A program made the position numbers and the translations under genes. This document shows positions 17,199-19,706 of a stretch of 19,706 nt of DNA, piece after piece (position 1 is the stretch's first letter; each line of letters opens with the position of its first letter). Below the pieces are notes generated by a model. The model was not told where the DNA came from, made no database searches, and saw only the letters and a list, made by a program, of their open reading frames with translations. Source of the stretch: Microcystaceae cyanobacterium (GTDB taxonomy: Bacteria; Cyanobacteriota; Cyanobacteriia; Cyanobacteriales; Microcystaceae); contig JBGTGT010000045.1 of assembly GCA_041746575.1 (NCBI GenBank), positions 1-19,706 on the forward strand, given 5' to 3'.

Positions 17199-19223
17199 AT
17201 GCTTAATCGTTGGCTTCGTACTTTCCTCTGTAGCACATTTACCCTTGCTTCTTTCACACCACTGGCTCAAGCCGTCCCTCCTCGTAACGCCGATAAAACT
17301 GTCGAATGTGAGATTTTAGTTATCGGTGGAGGATTATCAGGGTCAGCGGCTGCCTATGAAGGCTTATTAGCCGGAAAAACCGTCTGTTTAACTGAAATTA
17401 CGGATTGGGTAGGTGGACAAATTTCAGCACAAGGAACATCTGCACTGGATGAAAGAGCCACTCAGCGATCGCAATTATTCTATCCCAGAGGATACTTAGA
17501 ACTCAGAAAACGCATTCAAAAGCATTATGGCAAACTCAATCCAGGGGATTGTTGGGTGAGTGAATCCTGCTATTTGCCTTACGATGGACATAAACTGTTA
17601 ATGGAGCAGTTAAAAGACGCAGAACGCAAAGGAAAGGGTAAATTAAACTGGTTTCCCGCCACAGTGATTAAAGAACTGGATATCCAAGCCGTTGGACAGG
17701 GTAAACAAATCGTTAGCGTAATCGCCATTCAACATCAACCCGCAAAAAATACCCCTCCCCTTAACACCTATCCCTTGTCGCAAACGATTGAAGATGCCTA
17801 TCGCTACGAAAATTCTGAACGCTTTGATAAAACGATTATTCGCTTTGTTCCCCAACCCCACAAAAAAGAAGTCCCTTCAGATTGGTATCTAATAGAAGCC
17901 ACCGAAACGGGAGAAATTATTGCTTTAGCGGACGTTCCGCACCGCTTAGGGATTGATGCTCGTTCCTATCTTGAACCTTCTTCTTCTAGCGCGTTAGGAG
18001 ATCCCTATTGTACCCAAGGGTTCACCTATACCTTTGCCATGGAAGAAACCAAAGATGCTCAACCTCAGCCAAAACCTCCTTTTTATGAGCAGTATGCGCC
18101 TTATTATAGCTATGAACTGCCTCGATTAGCAGATTTTGACCTTGTGTTCACCTATCGACGGATTTGGAGTCCCCAAAAAGGAGATAATGAGACCTTTGGC
18201 GGGATTACCTTCTCTGAGCCTACGCCAGGGGATATTTCCATGCAAAACTGGACATGGGGCAATGATTATCGTCCCGGAACATCGAAAGATAACTTAATTT
18301 ATACTCGAAATCAATTACAATCCCTTGGACAATTAAAAGCCGGTGGTTGGATGGGGGGATTAAGAGTAGATACGTTGCGTAAAGGAGAGGAAAACGCATT
18401 AGGATACTATTATTGGTTAGTAGAAGGCACAACTGACTCTCAACTAGGGGATGGGGTTAAAAAACCGAATCCGAATCATCGTTTTCTCCAAGGATTAGAT
18501 TCTCCGATGGGAACGGCGCATGGTTTGTCTAAATATCCTTATATGCGGGAAGCCAGACGCATTATTGGTCGCCCTTCCTTCTTTTCGCCCGATGGCTTTG
18601 CCATTAATGAGATTGATATTTCTCGCCTCAATTATCAAAACGATTATTATCGCCAAACGCTTTCGCCTGATACTTATCGCCGTTTACAAGCAACTTTGGC
18701 TGGTTTAGAAGGATTAAAAGTGTTAGATAATGAAGTGTCTCCTGATAAAGTGCAACGACGCAAACGTTCAACGATTTACGCTGATTCTGTGGGAATCGGC
18801 TATTATGCGATTGATTTTCACCCTTGTATGACAGAATATCCCCCTGAGAAACCGGGCAATACAGAAAGAGCAGGAGAGAGAAGAGGACAAGGCCTAGCTT
18901 ATCCCTTTCAAGTTCCCTTAAGAGCCATGATTCCTCAGAAAATTGATAATTTATTAGTCGCAGGGAAAAGTATTGCGGTTAGTCATGCTGCTGCTGCCGC
19001 CTATCGGGTTCATTCCTTTGAATGGTCTTCCGGTGCCGCCGCCGGGGTTACAGCCGCTTTTGCCATTGATAACGCTATCTTACCCTATCAATTGGTAGAT
19101 AATCCGATTCTGACCCAAGAAAATAAGTTGTTTGAATTACGCAAAAAATTAGACGCACAAGGCAATCCGACGGCGTTTCCTGATACCTCGATTTTTAACA
19201 ATACTTGGGATGAATGGAAGTAA
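17199..19223 (+). CDS. FAD-dependent oxidoreductase with predicted signal peptide
   Basis: Rossmann motif ILVIGGGLSGSAAA, EITDWVGGQ, EATETGE, PYMREARRI, VPLRAMIP...NLLVAGKSI...AYRVH. The N-terminus ends in AQA-V. Confidence 0.88.
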   Translation: MLNRWLRTFLCSTFTLASFTPLAQAVPPRNADKTVECEILVIGGGLSGSAAAYEGLLAGKTVCLTEITDWVGGQISAQGTSALDERATQRSQLFYPRGYLELRKRIQKHYGKLNPGDCWVSESCYLPYDGHKLLMEQLKDAERKGKGKLNWFPATVIKELDIQAVGQGKQIVSVIAIQHQPAKNTPPLNTYPLSQTIEDAYRYENSERFDKTIIRFVPQPHKKEVPSDWYLIEATETGEIIALADVPHRLGIDARSYLEPSSSSALGDPYCTQGFTYTFAMEETKDAQPQPKPPFYEQYAPYYSYELPRLADFDLVFTYRRIWSPQKGDNETFGGITFSEPTPGDISMQNWTWGNDYRPGTSKDNLIYTRNQLQSLGQLKAGGWMGGLRVDTLRKGEENALGYYYWLVEGTTDSQLGDGVKKPNPNHRFLQGLDSPMGTAHGLSKYPYMREARRIIGRPSFFSPDGFAINEIDISRLNYQNDYYRQTLSPDTYRRLQATLAGLEGLKVLDNEVSPDKVQRRKRSTIYADSVGIGYYAIDFHPCMTEYPPEKPGNTERAGERRGQGLAYPFQVPLRAMIPQKIDNLLVAGKSIAVSHAAAAAYRVHSFEWSSGAAAGVTAAFAIDNAILPYQLVDNPILTQENKLFELRKKLDAQGNPTAFPDTSIFNNTWDEWK

Positions 19224-19272
19224 CCCTTTTTATAATATCAATACATCATATTTTACGAGGTTAAAATCTATT

Positions 19273-19706
19273 ATGGTTTATGCAGTACAAGTAAACTTAG
19301 AGGCGATTAACCTAACCGATGAACAATTTTATCAAATTTGTCAACATAACCGAGATTTAAGATTTGAAAGAAATGCTCAAGGAGATTTAATTATCATGCC
19401 ACCCACAGGAGGAGAAACAAGCGATCGCAATTCGGAACTGAATTTTCAACTAAGATTGTGGAATAAACAATATCAAGTAGGAATTTGTTTCGATTCTTCA
19501 GGCGGATTTAAGCTTCCCAATGGTGCAGATAGATCCCCTGATACGTCGTGGATTCCTTTAGAAAGATGGCAGAATTTAACTCCTCAACAACGTCAAAAGT
19601 TTCTGCCTTTGTGTCCTGATTTTGTGGTTGAATTGCGTTCTCCCAGTGATAACTTAAAATCTTTACAAGAAAAAATGCAAGAATATATAGAGAATGGCAC
19701 AAAATT
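19273..19706 (+). CDS. Uma2 family (DUF820) putative restriction endonuclease, truncated by the window end; absent from the ORF track
   Basis: Manual translation from ATG 19273: MVYAVQVNLEAINLTDEQFYQICQHNRDLRFERNAQGDLIIMPPTGGETS...FDSSGGFKLPNGADRSPD...CPDFVVELRSPSD...KMQEYIENG. The frame is open to the end. Confidence 0.93.
   Translation, partial: MVYAVQVNLEAINLTDEQFYQICQHNRDLRFERNAQGDLIIMPPTGGETSDRNSELNFQLRLWNKQYQVGICFDSSGGFKLPNGADRSPDTSWIPLERWQNLTPQQRQKFLPLCPDFVVELRSPSDNLKSLQEKMQEYIENGTK

Larger units (their letters stand above)
1085..19428. repeat. HIP1 octamer GCGATCGC, dispersed (at least 8 copies)
   Basis: Seen by eye at 1085, 2680, 6886, 8257, 10009, 16336, 17465 and 19421. Confidence 0.9.

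Noticed and set aside
17643..18708. Short ORFs 17643-17861, 18220-18432 and 18520-18708
   Set aside because: All are nested within the FAD oxidoreductase gene.
19508..19702. 64-aa - ORF
   Set aside because: Shadow of the Uma2 gene on the + strand.
1..19706. CRISPR array, tRNA/rRNA, retron or defence island
   Set aside because: I saw no spaced direct repeats, cloverleaf motifs, reverse transcriptase or clustered defence domains.

Overview
A cyanobacterial chromosome segment. This is supported by eight HIP1 GCGATCGC octamers, a split DnaE intein, an Rbp-type RRM protein and a GUN4-domain protein; Chroococcales-like is my inference. It is mostly housekeeping or conserved genes: mscS, an RRM RNA-binding protein, DUF58, rph, an MBL hydrolase, YkvA/DUF1232, a META+LppP exported protein, pfkA, a cytoplasmic hybrid PAS histidine kinase, a pseudouridine synthase, a conserved membrane protein, dnaE-C with the C-half of the split intein, ybaB/ebfC, a GUN4-like protein, an ArsM-like methyltransferase, an exported FAD oxidoreductase and a partial Uma2 gene missing from the ORF track. 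The most notable non-coding signals are: (i) an IS4/IS231-like terminal inverted repeat at 121-140 that truncates a DUF1704/MATCAP-like gene; (ii) a three-box, mutually exclusive pairing motif in the rbp 5'UTR; (iii) an unexplained 83-nt bulged hairpin upstream of the DUF1232 gene; (iv) a chimeric GTAG-type REP palindrome. I see no CRISPR array, tRNA, rRNA, prophage or convincing new multi-gene system. The best novelty candidate is the structured element at 6206-6288.
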